From: a candidate division FCPU426 bacterium
Lineage (GTDB): Bacteria > Oederibacteriota > Muellerivitia > Muellerivitales > Muellerivitaceae
Direction: 5' to 3'
Assembly: GCA_003136635.1 (NCBI GenBank)
Contig: PLFD01000035.1
Location: 13,984-77,983 of the forward strand
Length of the DNA stretch: 64,000 nucleotides
Numbering within the stretch: the stretch's first letter is position 1; each line of letters starts with the position of its first letter. The notes under the pieces were generated by a model. The model worked only from the letters and a program-made list of their open reading frames with translations. It made no database searches and was not told where the DNA came from. This document shows positions 9,372 to 21,418 of the stretch, one piece after another. Made by a program: the position numbers and the translations under genes.

Positions 9372-10157
9372 TTATCGAGTGGTTTTTAAAACCTGACTAT
9401 GTACCAAACCATTACTGGAAATACAGGTACCGCCATAAATGGTTTTCTTGCCTTTAATGTCGGTAAAAATTCCGCCGGCTTCTTCGACACAAATTTTGGC
9501 AGATGCCACGTCATAAGGCTGCACCACCGGATCCAAATTAGCTTCCACCATTCCCTGACAAACCAGGGCGTGGCCAAAACTGTCCCCGAAAGAACGGTCA
9601 TCGTAAGCGGATTTAACTAAATTAATAAATTTCTTTCCGTAAGGGGCAGAAGCAATTCGACGAATACCCCCGTAAGTAATGGTGCCATCTTGAATTTTTT
9701 TGATTTTCGAAACATAAACCCGTTTGCCGTTGGCGTAGCAGCCCAAACCCTTCCCCGCCCAAATAGTTAAATTAATAGCAGGATGATGCATAACTCCCGC
9801 CACCACTTCCCCTCTATATTCCAAACCCAGCAAAGTTCCCCAAAAAGGTAAACCCCGAATAAATTGACGGGTTCCGTCGACTGGATCGATCCACCATTTA
9901 TAATCGGGGGAATAATTTTTATCCCAGCCAAATTCCTCGCCGCAGAGTTGATGATGCGGAAAAGCTTTGGACAAAACGCCGCGAATAACCACTTCACCTT
10001 CCCGGTCTGCCCGGGTCACGGGAGTTCGGTCAATCTTCTTAATGACCTTAACGTCTTTTCGAAAATATTTGAGGGATTTTTGACCGCCTTGGTGGGCGGC
10101 TAACCAGGCGACTGACAGAAAATGCTTTAGTTCGGACTTCGATGGATGAGTTTTCAT
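9372..10157 (-). CDS. hisN: Inositol monophosphatase family, probable histidinol-phosphatase (HisN)
   Basis: PVTRADREGE, GEEFG, WIDPVDGTRQFIRGLP.WGTL, YDVA...VEEAGG. Confidence 0.75.
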   Translation of the reverse strand: MKTHPSKSELKHFLSVAWLAAHQGGQKSLKYFRKDVKVIKKIDRTPVTRADREGEVVIRGVLSKAFPHHQLCGEEFGWDKNYSPDYKWWIDPVDGTRQFIRGLPFWGTLLGLEYRGEVVAGVMHHPAINLTIWAGKGLGCYANGKRVYVSKIKKIQDGTITYGGIRRIASAPYGKKFINLVKSAYDDRSFGDSFGHALVCQGMVEANLDPVVQPYDVASAKICVEEAGGIFTDIKGKKTIYGGTCISSNGLVHSQVLKTTR

Positions 10158-10191
10158 TGGCGCATTTTACAGAGGAGCGCAGACAGGTAAA

Positions 10192-10219
10192 ACAAAAAAG
10201 GCGCCCGCAGGCGCCTTTT
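10192..10219 (-). terminator. Rho-independent terminator
   Basis: Minus strand: aaaaggcgcc-tgcg-ggcgccttttttgt. Confidence 0.75.
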
Positions 10220-10239
10220 CGTTAGAACGTTAAGTAACA

Positions 10240-10650
10240 TTACATCATTTCAAAACCGGTTAGTTTAATTGGCTTTTTCCCGTTTTTATCGATCACAAAG
10301 GCTTTCTTGGGATGAATCAAGTTATCTCCGTAGGCCTCACCCTTAATTTCAACCGTTTGACCTGCCACATCAGCAAAAGCCTTCGCGGGAAAGATAAGAA
10401 TATAAACTTTATCGTCCACTAACACTCCTGCCGGAATACCTGAGTTAAGACAATCTTTACCACAGGCTTTCATACCATCGTGATCATCGCCTTTCTGTCC
10501 CTCCTCAAAATAACAGGAAGTATCCACCAAAATTCCATGAACCGTAATCGTTTTATTTTTTGAGTCTGAATCCTTGGCAGAGGCGTCATCCGCGAAACTT
10601 TGCCCAACCAACAGAGCCCACAAAGCCAAAATCATCAATATTTTTTTCAA
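10240..10650 (-). CDS. Secreted hypothetical protein with a Cys/His motif (OB-fold-like)
   Basis: Signal peptide; G.LVD.SCY...H...C...C...GIPAG pattern. Confidence 0.75.
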   Translation of the reverse strand: MKKILMILALWALLVGQSFADDASAKDSDSKNKTITVHGILVDTSCYFEEGQKGDDHDGMKACGKDCLNSGIPAGVLVDDKVYILIFPAKAFADVAGQTVEIKGEAYGDNLIHPKKAFVIDKNGKKPIKLTGFEMM

Positions 10651-10703
10651 AATGTTTCTCCTTGGTTTAATGATTCCATTGTTACTCCACTATTTAAGGG
10701 TTT

Positions 10704-11174
10704 TCAAGCCAACCGATTAATTTCATTTTCAGCCGATGGAAATTCAATTAAAAGCTTTTCTTTTTCACCAAACGAAAAATCGGCGAAATCAAATCCCGGC
10801 GCCACTGTTGTTCCCATTAATGCAAACTGACCGCCGTCGTTTAAGTAACCCCCAAACCAGGTTCCCGCTTTCACCAGAAGCTGAAGTTGTTGTCCCTTCT
10901 TGATGTCATGGCCCAAAACAACCTTTTCAACTTCGCCATTTTTATGCAGCAGAACCCAGATTACGGAACTTCCCAAATAAAAATGAAACATTTCGTCGTT
11001 TTTTAACGCGTGAAATTTTGAAATCGAACCCGGAACCAGCATGTAATAAATCCCGGTTGAATAAACTCGATCCAAACCCGGAATTTGTTTCTCACTTCGA
11101 TAGGTTTCCCGGTAAAACCCGCCTTCGGGATGGGGTTGTAAATGAAGTAATTGAATAATCTCATCGGCTGTCAT
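10704..11174 (-). CDS. Cupin domain protein (DUF985/cupin_5)
   Basis: LQPHPEGGFYRETYRS, STGIYY, FH, VAPGFDFADF; start moved to MTAD. Confidence 0.92.
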   Translation of the reverse strand: MTADEIIQLLHLQPHPEGGFYRETYRSEKQIPGLDRVYSTGIYYMLVPGSISKFHALKNDEMFHFYLGSSVIWVLLHKNGEVEKVVLGHDIKKGQQLQLLVKAGTWFGGYLNDGGQFALMGTTVAPGFDFADFSFGEKEKLLIEFPSAENEINRLA

Positions 11175-11187
11175 AAACACTCCCCAT

Positions 11188-11220
11188 AAAAAAGGGGAAA
11201 CGGCCAAAGCCATTTCCCCC
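11188..11220 (-). terminator. Rho-independent terminator after the FKBP gene
   Basis: Minus strand: ggggaaatggc-tttg-gccgtttcccc followed by a U tract. Confidence 0.65.
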
Positions 11221-11234
11221 TGACAAATCTTACT

Positions 11235-11732
11235 TTATTGAATACCCAAAAGCTCCACGTCAAAAACCAAAGTAGCGTTCGGCGGAATCACATTCCCAGC
11301 ACCGCGTTCTCCATAACCCAAGTTAGACGGAATGGTTAATTTTCGTTTTTCCCCAACCTTCATACCAGAGACGCCTTCATCCCAACCTTTGATGACTTGA
11401 CCGGCGCCTAACGCAAAGTTAAAGGGTTGTCCCCTATCCACAGAACTATCAAACTTAGTTCCATCGGTCAGCCAGCCGGTGTAATGAACCGAAACCGTCT
11501 GCCCCGCCGTGGCTACCGGACCGTTTCCTGGACGAAGAACCTCATATTTCAAGCCATCCGCCGTCGTCACAACGTTACTAGCGGCAGAAGTACCTGCCGC
11601 GGGACTGGCAACTGCCGCAGCTGGTGCGGGAGCCTCTGATTGAGTTTCTTGTTCTTTCTTCGCGCAGGCTGTCGCCACATAAGCCACGACAGCCAAAACC
11701 ACTAAACCCAGAATAATAAAACGATGAGACAT
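11235..11732 (-). CDS. FKBP-type peptidyl-prolyl cis-trans isomerase (exported or lipoprotein)
   Basis: [43 protein letters not shown]; SD GGAGG before MSHRF. Confidence 0.95.
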   Translation of the reverse strand: MSHRFIILGLVVLAVVAYVATACAKKEQETQSEAPAPAAAVASPAAGTSAASNVVTTADGLKYEVLRPGNGPVATAGQTVSVHYTGWLTDGTKFDSSVDRGQPFNFALGAGQVIKGWDEGVSGMKVGEKRKLTIPSNLGYGERGAGNVIPPNATLVFDVELLGIQ

Positions 11733-11812
11733 TGAAACCTCCGAATGAAAAGTGAGAAGCGGTGAAAGTATAACCGAAGAAAAGACCGGTTTCACCAGGC
11801 CGATATATGGCA

Positions 11813-11862
11813 CAAAAAAGAAAACCCCATCCCATAAGATCTTCTTTATGGGATGGGGTTTT
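11813..11862 (-). terminator. Rho-independent terminator after the BON gene
   Basis: aaaaccccatcccataa...ttatgggatggggtttt stem followed by a U tract. Confidence 0.7.
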
Positions 11863-11874
11863 AAACCGCTTTCG

Positions 11875-12132
11875 CTATTCCCTGGAAACTCTAATGTTAT
11901 TGGTCACTTCGCGAACGCCGCCCATCCCTTGTATTTCCTGGGATATTTGCCGTTTCGTTCCAAAGTCATCCACAATACCAGAAACGGTCACATGTCCTCC
12001 GCTGACATGAACGCGAATACCCTCACCTAAACGGCGGACGGTTCGGCTAATGTTGTTTTCTAATTCAACATCTTTAGGATCGGATTGAGGCTGAAAAGAC
12101 GGATCCATGGGCTCCATATCTACCTCCTCCAT
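11875..12132 (-). CDS. BON domain protein
   Basis: [14 protein letters not shown]...[11 protein letters not shown]. Confidence 0.85.
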   Translation of the reverse strand: MEEVDMEPMDPSFQPQSDPKDVELENNISRTVRRLGEGIRVHVSGGHVTVSGIVDDFGTKRQISQEIQGMGGVREVTNNIRVSRE

Positions 12133-12287
12133 AGGCTTACCAACGTTTACACCTCTAGATTACCCCTATAGACAAGCATTTTCAACCAAACCCATCCCCG
12201 GCTTAATTATTGAGGCATTTGACCTGTCATTTACTGATGAGACACTTGCCAAAATCTGGGATTAATTTTTTTGGTTTTTGGTCATGC

Positions 12288-12704
12288 TTAGATACTGCTG
12301 TTTTGGTTTAACGCAGCGGTCAATTGACTTTTCTGGCCGGCGGTGATTTCTTTCTTGCCGTTCTGCTTGAAAAACCCCAATTCTTGTTTACGAATGTTTT
12401 TCAAATTTTCCCAGGCTGTCTGGGCTTGTATCTTGGTAATTTTTCCATTTTTAAAATCTTTAGAGATATGTCTCATCTGGTGCCGCAAAACAAGATTCAT
12501 TGAGTGCGCATTTGAGTCTTGCGCAGGCGAATGAATGTCGGAAAACTTAGCCACACCATTGACTGGTCCGCCGATTACGGGCGTCGACTTGAATTGGAGT
12601 GAAATCGATGGAGAACCCGGTTTATTCTGGGCCCATGCCGACCCAGTCCAGGCCAAATAAATGGAAGCTGTAAAAATAAAAAAAGATTTCATCATTCCCT
12701 CCAT
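12288..12704 (-). CDS. Secreted hypothetical protein, helical C-terminus
   Basis: Signal peptide ending SAWA; no recognisable family. Confidence 0.6.
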   Translation of the reverse strand: MEGMMKSFFIFTASIYLAWTGSAWAQNKPGSPSISLQFKSTPVIGGPVNGVAKFSDIHSPAQDSNAHSMNLVLRHQMRHISKDFKNGKITKIQAQTAWENLKNIRKQELGFFKQNGKKEITAGQKSQLTAALNQNSSI

Positions 12705-12779
12705 AAATCTGACTTTAAATTCTATCCAATACTATTTTCAAGTTTTTTTGCCGTTCCTGAACCAATATCAGCCATGCTT

Positions 12780-15700
12780 TTAATGAAACACTAAAACCTT
12801 GCCGGTTTTGGTCGTTATCTCATAGCCGTTATTTACTTGTATCGAGTAAATATAAAGCCCGCTCGCCACAGCTGATTGGGCTTTGTTTCTCAATAACCAG
12901 GTAATCGTATTCATTCCAGTGTTGCCTTCTGTCGTATCCGAATAAACTTCCTCGCCCATCAAGGTATATAAATTCAGTTGAATCGAAGCGTTATAGCCCA
13001 GGTTGATCATAAACTTAATCGGTTCTCCATCTCTGGAGATATTCGGACCAGCCACTGCTGATATCAGTAAACCAGAAGCTGTTGGTGTAGGCGTCAAAGC
13101 ATTCACCGATATTGGTTCATTAGTGCTTGCAGCGGTAACGTTGGGTGTGGGCGTGTTGGTCGCAGTACTCTCCGAAGGTTCAAAAATACCAACAGCAGCC
13201 CTGACCACACCGGGCACAACTGTCGGTGTCTTAGTCAGCGTTTTAGTAGGTGTAAAAGTACTCGTCTTGGTGGGCGTTGAAGTAGCGGTATTTGTCTTCG
13301 TATTCGTGGGTGTGTTGGTCGGTGTTTTAGTGGGTGTGAAAGTGTTGGTCCTGGTTGGTGTCACCGTAAAGGTATTTGTTTTCGTAGGTGTCGCTGTAAT
13401 CGTAGGCGTTTTAGTCGGGGTAATAGTCGGTGTCTTTGTTTTCGTAGGAGTGGCGGTAATAGTCGGTGTGTTGGTCGGCGTGAAAGTTTTCGTCTTGGTA
13501 GGGGTTACAGTAGGCGTTTTGGTTTTTGTCGGTGTAGCTGTAATGGTCGGCGTATTGGTTACTGTAGCGGTTTTAGTCTTGGTAAAGGTGGCCGTAAAGG
13601 TGGAAGTATTAGTTCTCGTGGGCGAATTGGTAGGCGTAAAGGTCTTGGTGGAAGTGCTGGTTATAGTATTAGTAGCTGTCTGTGTTTTCGTCGAAGTGTT
13701 AGTCGGCTGTACCGTCGATGTATTGGTCAGTGTATTGGTAAACGTAATAGTTGGGGTATACGTCTGCGTATTCGTAAAGGTGTTAGTTGGCGGTACTGTG
13801 GGTGTATAGGTCCGTGTATTAGTAAATGTACTAGTTTGCGTGTTCGTTGCCATGGGCGTGTAGGTTGGACTGGTCAAACAATTCGTCACAGGGCAATTTC
13901 CGAATCCAAATACTTGGCTGTTCCCGTCATCGGCCACATACCAATTGCCGCCATTCCCCACGGCGACTCCTTCTGTGTCCAAGAAGCCCGTGCTTCCATC
14001 CTGTCCATATCCAAGGAAATTACCGTTTAGGTCAAAAATACCCACTGATCCGAATCCGTCCGTCACATAAGCCAGACAATTCCCATATATCGTGATGAAA
14101 TTTGCCGCCAAAAGTGTTGTCCCTTGCGTCACATCCCACTGCGACATGAAAACACCGCCGGAGGTGAACACCTGCACCAGACCCGTACCTTCATCTGCCA
14201 CATAAACATTACCCGAAGCGTCCAAGGCTATTCCCAGCGGCGTGTCAAAAGTCCCATTGGACCCAGTCCCCGGGCCGCCCCATTGGGTAATGAACGCACC
14301 CTGATTGTTAAACATTTCTACCCTTTGGCCGCCCGCATCCACCACATAAATACTGGTTCCCTGTGGATTTACTGCGATACCGTAAGGCGTAGTAAATTGG
14401 CCATTCCCTGTTCCCAAAGAACCAAAATTTACCGCCAATGCCCCTGGGTTGGTGGGGCCGTTGACCGCATTAAATATATCCACCTGGTTTTGGAATTCGT
14501 CTGTCACATAAATATTACCGCTTCCATCCAACGCCACTCCCACCGGCTGATTCAGCGTCCCCAAACCCACCTGAGTCAAGGCCGTGCCTCCGGACGTGAA
14601 GACCTTTACCGAATTATCTAAAGTTTCAGCGATGTATACGTTTCCGGTGCCGTCCAAGGCTACACCCCAGGGCTCGTCCTGGACCCACGAATTCAGCGCC
14701 TGACATAACGAAGGTGCAGAGGTGGGTGATGGTGTTAAAGTAGGGGTAGATGACTGAGTCTGTGTATTCGTGGGTGTATTGGTTGCCAAAACGGTGGGGG
14801 TACAAGTAGGTACGAGGGTGATGCAAACTGAACTTGAAGCCCATCCAGTAACATCCATGGCTGTGTTTCCATTACCAGAATAATCTGCTGAGGTTGTACC
14901 CGTTCCTTCGTCGGCATGCCAACCAGCAATTAATCCATTATTCCACGGCCCCAAACACGAGGCCATATTTCCATGATATCCATTTCCAGAATTCCATAAA
15001 AATGTGATTTCAGTGGCAGATAGAACGCGATTAAAAATCAATGGTTCGTCAATTAATCCAGCATATGGAATTTGACCACTAAAAGTTGAATCGCCGAAAA
15101 TAACAGCACTTGGGGTTCTCAATAACGGAGAAACTGTTCCGGCTGAACCGGTTAAAAAAGAACCATTATTATAAGATGCAAAAGCACCAGATATTGAATC
15201 ATATGTAAAGCACAAAAACGACCATGTGTTTAATGGAAGAGCAGTATTATCACCTACGCTCGCTCTTACCTGTGTATATGAAGCATCGTTAAACCAAAAC
15301 CATTGTGGAGCCGCTCCAAAGTTAGCAACAAGAAACATTCCGTCAGTGGCCGTGCCTCCAGGTGTAGTAACGCCTCCAACTATTGGTTGAAGACTACTGC
15401 CAGAAATTGAACTCGGATTTACCCAAATACAAAATGAAAAACTTGTTGTTGGAATTAATGTATTGGTCATCGTTACGCCAGCAGATTGAGAACCTGTAAA
15501 CGACCAAGCGGTTTGGCCGTCACTAACAGTGAGAGTCGATGTCGGGGTATTCGTGGAAGTATTAGAAGGCGTATTGGTTGGTGTATTCGTCAATGTGTTT
15601 GTAGACGTATTTGTTGAGGTGGGTGTGGGCGATGTTGTCAAAGTTGGAGCAGGTGATGCTATAAAGGTCGGTGTCAGCGTCGGAAAAGGCTGCTCATAAG

Positions 15701-18434
15701 CCAGCATACGGCTTCGTTCAAAGTCGACCGCGTAAAAATTTCCCTGGCTGTCGGAAGTAATGGCCCAAGGGTCCGAACTATAGTCCTTCAAATAGGTCAC
15801 GGGCCAATCCTGGCCTGTAGAAGTTAAAACCGACTGGGGTAGTGTTGGATTGGTGAAAACCACAGGAAAACTACCCGCATAACCGCTTTTTCCCACCACC
15901 ATAACGCTGTCATCCGGGTTGAAAGCAACCCCCAAAGGATAATTGGCGGATAGATTCGGATCCGAACTATGTGGATTGGAGAGGTTATTCGATGTGGTGA
16001 CCGACGTAAAATCACCGTTTCTCCCATAAACAGCAGAAGCCGGAATACCGAATCGGGCAGTGGTCGTAGAAGTATTCTGGATCGTAGAGGCGTCGAACCT
16101 TAACAACCGTCCGTTGCCTTGGGTTTCCTGATCGAAATCGGAAACGTACAGGTTCCCATGGTGGTCCATAGTCACATTACCAGGATTGCCCAAGGTGTAA
16201 GCGGTAGCGGTAGAAATATTGGGTATTGGATAAACCTTACCCTGATTGTAGAGCGTAGCCCCGGCCGCGGCGCTATTTTGGCCGAGGATGATGTCCACCA
16301 CCGGGTTCGTCAAGGGGTTCCGAATGTGAAGTACCCGATTTTCCGTCTTATCAGCGACCCAAAGGTTGAGCTGGGAATCTACCACCAACCCTTGCAGACT
16401 AATCCAACTCACCGACATCGCCCCGCCACCTAGGACAGGAAGGGGCGAAGTGATACTCAAAGCTGCCGATTCACCTTGCGTGAGGGGCAGGTTATAAACC
16501 TCGATCCAATTCGAGGAGGAATTATTACTGTTCGTAATGGCCCATAAATGGGGCGTTGGCTGAGGTGTCAGTTGAGATGTCACACTGTCATCCGAACAAA
16601 TTCGCCCATAAGAAATGGCAGTAGCCGCCGGACCAAAGGAAATCGCCGCGTTGGACGCTCCCGCAAAGCCGTTGGGCGTTTGTCCGAGCGTAAGGGCGGT
16701 GGCGCCGCCGAAGGGATTATTCGTATTCCAGAATAGAAGACCGTAAGTGGCCACGATGATCTGAGGTGTGGTTACGTTTTGGGCCACCGCAACTCCCTGT
16801 GGACCCAGGGGAAAAGTGGACATGGTCATAACATTAAATTGGGGGAATGATGTCGGTTTAAAGACGTCTACGTCCGCTGTATGGGCTATTCCGGTTTGGG
16901 GCGTGGGGATGGGAGCCGGAAAACGCCAAACGTCGTCGCCAGGGTATTGATACGAAATATAGACATTACCCGAACCATCTACACCCAATCCCCCCGTGGC
17001 GCCCGACAGTCCATAGTTAGTATTTGAAGATCCTGGAGGATAGTTGTATGAAAAGGAAGTAGGATTTCCCACACCGTCCCCATCTCCGGTCAGCCCCCCT
17101 TCGCCTTGTGCGTCCAACGGGGTCCAGTTCGACGTCATGAGGGGAGTATCTCGCATCAAAACCTTGAGGGGAGTAAAGTTAGTGGGATTACTGGGACTTA
17201 CTCCAAAAAGAACTGCTTGGGCTGTGAGACTATCAAGCATCCAAAGGCCGCCTGTTCCTCCAGGAACGGAAGTCGGTACATCCCACTCCAAACCCATGGG
17301 CTCCTCAGAATACATGGTGGTCGCATTGCTGGCTGTCATCCCGGAGGTATAAGTGGGTACTCCATTATTACTACCAGTGGGTTGAAAAACCAGAACTCTC
17401 CCGATCAAACTATTCCCCGAGCGAGGATAGAGAAAAGGAGTATCAGCCACATAGACATTTCCCACCTTGTCGACCCGGACAGCCATGGGAGCCGCTAAAT
17501 CAGACAAATCGTTGGCAGTAGCAAATATGCTTGGCTGGCCCAGCACTATATCGGCAGTTCCCGATGGAATTCCTGTATTCGGTGCGTTGGGGTTAGGAAA
17601 ACGAATCACCCGATTGTTTTTCGTGTCAGCTACCCACAGGTTTCCCCAGGTGTCCGTAGCCACACCAGACACAAACTGATTGGTCACACCGTTGTAGCCC
17701 CAGAAATTAAGATTCGATGGTCCATCGCCAGTCACGGCGCCTGAGAAATTGGTTGTACTCGACCCCTGGCCCCAGACGTAAGAAGCTGGTTCAGAGCTGT
17801 AGATAGGCGCGTTGTATCGAAGCACGCGGCTGTTGTAGAAATCAGGCACATAAAGGTTTCCCTGGCTGTCCACCGCCATATTGGCGCCAGAATTGGTTTC
17901 AGCAACCGAGTTGGCGAATTGAGGTAAGCCACAAAGACAAGAGGCGGAAGGCGCGGTTGGATTAGGATAGTCCTGGAAGTTGCCGTCCCAGTTGCAGCCC
18001 GTGTGTTTGAAATCCGGCTGACCGAGAACGATGTCGGCCCCATAACCCGGGTCCGAAGCCGCCGCGTTGGGATTAAATTCGGAAATATTGTTGAATCCCA
18101 GAATGCGGCTGTTATGGCTGTCCCAAACATAGAGTCGATTGGAGGCTGTATCTACTACAACGCCTCCGACGTAATTTAAGCTGGTGTTGGTGGCCAGATT
18201 GCCCGTAATATCCGAATAGTCGATCTGGCCGAGGATCAAGTCGGCCCACAGGTCGCCGACCACGCCGCGCGCGGGATAAATGAATCCGGCGGATTGCGCA
18301 TTTTGCGGATTCTGAGGGAGATACTGGGCCCAAGCTTTGGAATCGCAAGAAAACATCACGAAAAAAAATGCGGCTAAAAGCGGGATGGCTAATGTGTTTT
18401 TAAATTGCCTGCGCCCGCTCATAAATACCGCCAA
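12780..18434 (-). CDS. Giant secreted surface protein: NHL beta-propeller region, LamG-like domain, second NHL propeller, Thr/Pro linkers, T9SS-like C-terminal domain
   Basis: Signal peptide; repeated [20 protein letters not shown] and GVALDG.GN.YV motifs; [15 protein letters not shown] LamG motif; TPT runs; terminal GPN...YTLMGE...W...ASGLYIY...GKVLVFH. Confidence 0.85.
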   Translation of the reverse strand: MAVFMSGRRQFKNTLAIPLLAAFFFVMFSCDSKAWAQYLPQNPQNAQSAGFIYPARGVVGDLWADLILGQIDYSDITGNLATNTSLNYVGGVVVDTASNRLYVWDSHNSRILGFNNISEFNPNAAASDPGYGADIVLGQPDFKHTGCNWDGNFQDYPNPTAPSASCLCGLPQFANSVAETNSGANMAVDSQGNLYVPDFYNSRVLRYNAPIYSSEPASYVWGQGSSTTNFSGAVTGDGPSNLNFWGYNGVTNQFVSGVATDTWGNLWVADTKNNRVIRFPNPNAPNTGIPSGTADIVLGQPSIFATANDLSDLAAPMAVRVDKVGNVYVADTPFLYPRSGNSLIGRVLVFQPTGSNNGVPTYTSGMTASNATTMYSEEPMGLEWDVPTSVPGGTGGLWMLDSLTAQAVLFGVSPSNPTNFTPLKVLMRDTPLMTSNWTPLDAQGEGGLTGDGDGVGNPTSFSYNYPPGSSNTNYGLSGATGGLGVDGSGNVYISYQYPGDDVWRFPAPIPTPQTGIAHTADVDVFKPTSFPQFNVMTMSTFPLGPQGVAVAQNVTTPQIIVATYGLLFWNTNNPFGGATALTLGQTPNGFAGASNAAISFGPAATAISYGRICSDDSVTSQLTPQPTPHLWAITNSNNSSSNWIEVYNLPLTQGESAALSITSPLPVLGGGAMSVSWISLQGLVVDSQLNLWVADKTENRVLHIRNPLTNPVVDIILGQNSAAAGATLYNQGKVYPIPNISTATAYTLGNPGNVTMDHHGNLYVSDFDQETQGNGRLLRFDASTIQNTSTTTARFGIPASAVYGRNGDFTSVTTSNNLSNPHSSDPNLSANYPLGVAFNPDDSVMVVGKSGYAGSFPVVFTNPTLPQSVLTSTGQDWPVTYLKDYSSDPWAITSDSQGNFYAVDFERSRMLAYEQPFPTLTPTFIASPAPTLTTSPTPTSTNTSTNTLTNTPTNTPSNTSTNTPTSTLTVSDGQTAWSFTGSQSAGVTMTNTLIPTTSFSFCIWVNPSSISGSSLQPIVGGVTTPGGTATDGMFLVANFGAAPQWFWFNDASYTQVRASVGDNTALPLNTWSFLCFTYDSISGAFASYNNGSFLTGSAGTVSPLLRTPSAVIFGDSTFSGQIPYAGLIDEPLIFNRVLSATEITFLWNSGNGYHGNMASCLGPWNNGLIAGWHADEGTGTTSADYSGNGNTAMDVTGWASSSVCITLVPTCTPTVLATNTPTNTQTQSSTPTLTPSPTSAPSLCQALNSWVQDEPWGVALDGTGNVYIAETLDNSVKVFTSGGTALTQVGLGTLNQPVGVALDGSGNIYVTDEFQNQVDIFNAVNGPTNPGALAVNFGSLGTGNGQFTTPYGIAVNPQGTSIYVVDAGGQRVEMFNNQGAFITQWGGPGTGSNGTFDTPLGIALDASGNVYVADEGTGLVQVFTSGGVFMSQWDVTQGTTLLAANFITIYGNCLAYVTDGFGSVGIFDLNGNFLGYGQDGSTGFLDTEGVAVGNGGNWYVADDGNSQVFGFGNCPVTNCLTSPTYTPMATNTQTSTFTNTRTYTPTVPPTNTFTNTQTYTPTITFTNTLTNTSTVQPTNTSTKTQTATNTITSTSTKTFTPTNSPTRTNTSTFTATFTKTKTATVTNTPTITATPTKTKTPTVTPTKTKTFTPTNTPTITATPTKTKTPTITPTKTPTITATPTKTNTFTVTPTRTNTFTPTKTPTNTPTNTKTNTATSTPTKTSTFTPTKTLTKTPTVVPGVVRAAVGIFEPSESTATNTPTPNVTAASTNEPISVNALTPTPTASGLLISAVAGPNISRDGEPIKFMINLGYNASIQLNLYTLMGEEVYSDTTEGNTGMNTITWLLRNKAQSAVASGLYIYSIQVNNGYEITTKTGKVLVFH
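13210..13870 (-). repeat. Degenerate low-complexity repeat encoding the T-P-T-K/N-T linker
   Basis: About 220 codons of TPTKT/TFTPT/TITAT units, diverged at DNA level. Confidence 0.8.
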
Positions 18435-18635
18435 ATATTCAATCTTAAATACGAAAAGAGAAACGATGGAGGAAGTTTAAAGACAACCGATCATACAATC
18501 AACAAATTTATTTAAAATTTTAAAAAATGTCGTTTTTCTGTCCGGTTTTTTATGGTGTTAACAAAAATTTAACGGGTAAATGGAAAAAAGGATGATCGTT
18601 GAATGCGATTTATGGAATGACTGCCAATTATTTCA

Positions 18636-19448
18636 TCAATCTTTCGGCGCAAACATCCTTCCAATTTCATCAATCTGTTCCCGGCTCAATCCCTGCGGCG
18701 TTTGGCCGGTTTGCTTGCAAAGCAAATACAAAATAGCCGCTTTGTTCATGGCATCAATCAAATCAAAAGCTTCAATGGCATCCTTACCTACCGCTAAAAC
18801 ACCATGTTTTTCCCACATGACCACTTTATGTTTTCGTTCCAAAGCTTTAACCGTTTCTTTAGCAAGTTCTTGCGAAGCGGTTAAGCGGTAAGGCACCCAA
18901 CCAATCCCCCGAGGCACATAAATTTTCGCTTCGGGAATCATGCTCCACAGGGCGTAATTTAATTTTTCTTCGCCCGCAGTTTCGGACAAGTGCGTTAACG
19001 CGATAAGTTCGTTCGGATGGGTATGAAGTACAACCTTTTCCTTCGCTCCGCTTTTTCGAAGTGAGTTCTGCATCAACAGATGCGAGGGTAACTCAGAAGT
19101 CGGCTTGAACCCTTCCCTTTTTCCGCCCCAAAACAAATGAAACCCTTTAGCGTCTCCCGAAATTTGGAGGACACATAAACACTCAGAGGAATGATTTTGA
19201 ATGTCTCGATAGCGAGTTCCCGTACCGGTGACCAAATAGCTTCGGCCCGCGAACTCGGGTAAAAGTCCCGCGATGGGTTTTACAGGAAATTTCTTCAGCT
19301 TGGCTGGTGTAATAGCAATATGGTCGGTGATATCCACCGAAAGGTTACCCGCGTTTTTTTCCGCCCATCCCTTTTGCCAGAGATACTGGCCCACTTCCCC
19401 CACTTCACGAATCACTTGATGAACACTTTTGGAAAGGGTAATGGGCAT
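18636..19448 (-). CDS. rhaD: Rhamnulose-1-phosphate aldolase
   Basis: WQKGWAEKNAGNLS, PTSELPSH, HTHP, WSMIPE, WEKHG; start moved to MPITL. Confidence 0.9.
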   Translation of the reverse strand: MPITLSKSVHQVIREVGEVGQYLWQKGWAEKNAGNLSVDITDHIAITPAKLKKFPVKPIAGLLPEFAGRSYLVTGTGTRYRDIQNHSSECLCVLQISGDAKGFHLFWGGKREGFKPTSELPSHLLMQNSLRKSGAKEKVVLHTHPNELIALTHLSETAGEEKLNYALWSMIPEAKIYVPRGIGWVPYRLTASQELAKETVKALERKHKVVMWEKHGVLAVGKDAIEAFDLIDAMNKAAILYLLCKQTGQTPQGLSREQIDEIGRMFAPKD

Positions 19449-19566
19449 AAATCCTCCGAAGTTAATTGCCGTAATTATAATCATTTTTTTCATTCTGGCT
19501 GGTCAAGTTGACACTACTAAACACCACCCATAAGATGCTCTCTTCATTTCGCTCCAAGGAAGATGT

Positions 19567-20592
19567 ATGGAAAACGCCCTTCACGTTGAAAACCTGGCCA
19601 AAAGTTACAAACGCCGCGTGCGTAAACCCGGTCTGGCGGGAGCTTTTCAAAGTATGTTTTCAGGGAAAACAGAGGAATTTCACGCGGTCAAAGGCATTTC
19701 CTTTTCCATCAAACGGGGTGAAAAAGTCGGCCTCATCGGCGAAAATGGCGCGGGTAAATCCACCACGCTTAAAATGCTCACCGGCATTATTGTTCCTACC
19801 GGCGGCCAACTGGAAGTTTTGGGTTTAGTGCCCTGGCAAAAGCGTCGCCAGTTAGCCCTCAATATCGGGGTGGTCTTCGGTCAAAGACCCCAGCTTTTAT
19901 GGGATATTCCGGTTCGGGAAACCTTTCGGCTTTTAAAAGACATGTACCACATCCCCAATGATGTGTTTGAAATTACCTATCCCGAAGCGGTCAAACGGCT
20001 GGACCTGGAACCGCTTTTAAGCACCCCTGTGCGCCTTCTTTCGTTAGGCCAGAGAATGCGCTGCGATCTGGCGGCTTCCCTCTTGCACGCGCCCGCTGTG
20101 GCTTTTTTAGATGAACCCACCATTGGATTGGACCTTACGGTCAAAGAACAGGTACGTGAATATATCCGGGATATGCAAAACCGGTTCGGAACCACTTTGC
20201 TGATTACCACCCATGATTTGAAAGATATTACGGAAGTCTGTGACAGGCTTCTTTTGCTCGATAAGGGAAAATTGCTTTTCGACGGCTCTTTGAAAGCCTT
20301 TGAGAAACGTTTCGCCAACGAAAGCCGGATTGTGGCTGAGCTGCACCAGCCCGCCACTCCCGCTTCCCTGAAGAAACTCTCAGCGGAAATTAAACGCTAT
20401 GGCGGCGTTATCACCTTTTCGGAAGGCCATCGCTTGATATTGGAATACCGAAAAGCGGGCGCCGCCCCGGCCCTAACCCAGATTTTATTGAAACGCCAAA
20501 AAGTCGTCGATTTAACCCTGGAAAAAACCGACATTGATACCATCGTAACGAGGATTTACCGGAAACCCGCCGGGGAAAAAATGAAGCCATGA
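19567..20592 (+). CDS. ABC exporter ATP-binding subunit
   Basis: GENGAGKST, VFGQR, LSLGQRMRC, LDEPTIGLD. Confidence 0.95.
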   Translation: MENALHVENLAKSYKRRVRKPGLAGAFQSMFSGKTEEFHAVKGISFSIKRGEKVGLIGENGAGKSTTLKMLTGIIVPTGGQLEVLGLVPWQKRRQLALNIGVVFGQRPQLLWDIPVRETFRLLKDMYHIPNDVFEITYPEAVKRLDLEPLLSTPVRLLSLGQRMRCDLAASLLHAPAVAFLDEPTIGLDLTVKEQVREYIRDMQNRFGTTLLITTHDLKDITEVCDRLLLLDKGKLLFDGSLKAFEKRFANESRIVAELHQPATPASLKKLSAEIKRYGGVITFSEGHRLILEYRKAGAAPALTQILLKRQKVVDLTLEKTDIDTIVTRIYRKPAGEKMKP

Positions 20593-21416
20593 GACCGCTT
20601 CAACCGCCGCTTACACTTTTAAGTAGTTTTCAAAGCTACGCTTCTTACTTTGTGCGCTGCCTCAAAGCCAGCTTCGCCTATCGGGCCGCCACCATTACCA
20701 ATCTGCTGACAGCGGCGGTCAGCTATTCGATCACCATCATGATTTGGCGGCAGGTCTATTCGCAAAACCCCAACCTTTTGATTCCCAGCGATCAAATGTA
20801 CGTTTATCTACTTTTAGCCGGCTGCGTCAACTATGCCATGATCATGAATATCGAGTTTCGCATCAGTCAAAGAATTCGAACCGGTTTAGTCGCCACCGAT
20901 CTTCTCAAACCGGTCGATTTTCAAATCGCACAGGGTATTCAAGCCATCAGCGACGGGTTCTTTAACGGTTCCATGGGCATCATGGTTTTTCTATGCGGTT
21001 TTTTGGTATTTGGAACGCGAATGTTTCCTCCTGATTTCCAATGTCTGGGTCTTTTTATTATCAGTTTTCTTTTGGGTTTTACGGTGATGTACGGGGTTTG
21101 TTTTGTTTTCGTTCAGGGCGCCTTCTACACTTATAGCGGTTACGGCATCATGGCTTCACGCAACGCCTTACAACTGACCTTTTCAGGCGTTTCTGCCCCT
21201 CTGGCTTTTTACCCGCCGCTTCTCAAAACCATCGCCGATTGGCTGCCTTTCAAACACATCATCTACTCGCCTATTTCCATTTATATGGGCTGGGCCAAAA
21301 ATGCCGACTCTTATCACTTAATTCTTCAACAAGCCGGCTGGGCGTTGTTTCTATTTATTTTGGGCAAAATCATTATGAAACACGCCTTAAAGCAACTCGA
21401 AGTTCAGGGAGGTTGA
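20589..21416 (+). CDS. ABC-2 family permease (DUF990-like)
   Basis: IRTG.VATDLLKP motif, LPF, C-terminal VQGG. Confidence 0.88.
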   Translation: MRPLQPPLTLLSSFQSYASYFVRCLKASFAYRAATITNLLTAAVSYSITIMIWRQVYSQNPNLLIPSDQMYVYLLLAGCVNYAMIMNIEFRISQRIRTGLVATDLLKPVDFQIAQGIQAISDGFFNGSMGIMVFLCGFLVFGTRMFPPDFQCLGLFIISFLLGFTVMYGVCFVFVQGAFYTYSGYGIMASRNALQLTFSGVSAPLAFYPPLLKTIADWLPFKHIIYSPISIYMGWAKNADSYHLILQQAGWALFLFILGKIIMKHALKQLEVQGG

Positions 21417-21418
21417 CC

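Noticed and set aside
13003-13809. 268-aa Val/Gly-rich plus-strand ORF (also 54152..54718 and 26375..26665)
   Set aside because: Antisense shadow of Thr/Pro linker codons in real minus-strand genes
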